Below, piece after piece: positions 47,446 through 47,790 of a stretch of DNA of 47,790 nucleotides. The first letter of the stretch is position 1. Every line of letters starts with the position of its first letter. The position numbers and the translations under genes are program-made. Below the pieces are notes generated by a model. That model saw nothing but the letters and a program-made list of their open reading frames with translations. It searched no databases and was not told the DNA's origin. Source of the DNA: Octopus bimaculoides (lineage: Eukaryota); NCBI RefSeq assembly GCF_001194135.2, contig NC_068985.1, positions 115,379,548 through 115,427,337 of the forward strand. Direction: 5' to 3'.

Positions 47446-47790
47446 CGTTCAAGACATACACACTTCACGTCTGGCTGTACAGCCTTTTTGTTTGTTTATT
47501 TCACCGTTTCGTTTTCCTCCACGAACACAATTTAATTTGTGTTTGTGGGAAGAACCATTTTAACGTACTGCCTTAATTCTTCGAAACGCCGGAGTTTTCA
47601 TGGTGGCAGCTGATGAATGGGATGTTTCTATGTGGCCTGCTTGTTTGTTGCACCTTGTTTACCATTTTGTCCTTGTTCTTTTGCCACGTCATGTACCCAG
47701 TTATGTATCTATATGTACATGTAGATGAACGTATATACATACATGTACATATATATGCATATACTCATATATTGTTTATATATATATACA

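Noticed and set aside
47575-47625. GAAAC...CTGATGA arrangement suggesting a permuted hammerhead
   Set aside because: No cleavage triplet at the required position and the stems do not close.

Overview
Eukaryotic, AT-rich, repeat-saturated genomic DNA with about 5.9 kb (~12%) of N in 19 assembly gaps. The dense TA/CA/GA/GATA/AAT microsatellites and the tRNA-derived SINE families resemble an octopod cephalopod genome (Octopus-like). That is an inference from recalled repeat sequences, not a database match. I found no intact protein-coding gene, RNA gene or CRISPR array; the window looks intronic or intergenic. Nearly all long ORFs in the track are translated microsatellites or N runs. Supportable content: (i) about 30 SINE copies in four families, labelled A, B, C and E here; (ii) decayed coding remnants of a Penelope-like element (RT plus GIY-YIG), a DD41D Tc1/mariner transposase, a Helitron Rep N-terminus and two RTE-clade LINE pieces; (iii) several MITE-like elements. 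The observations most worth checking are a microsatellite-carrying SINE that expands internally, hosts nested insertions and seeds assembly gaps, a 584-bp foldback element with ~140-bp TIRs, a decayed minimal-hammerhead-like motif, a SINE with a 12-bp TSD, and one weak exon candidate. I see no convincing evidence of a new multi-gene system.
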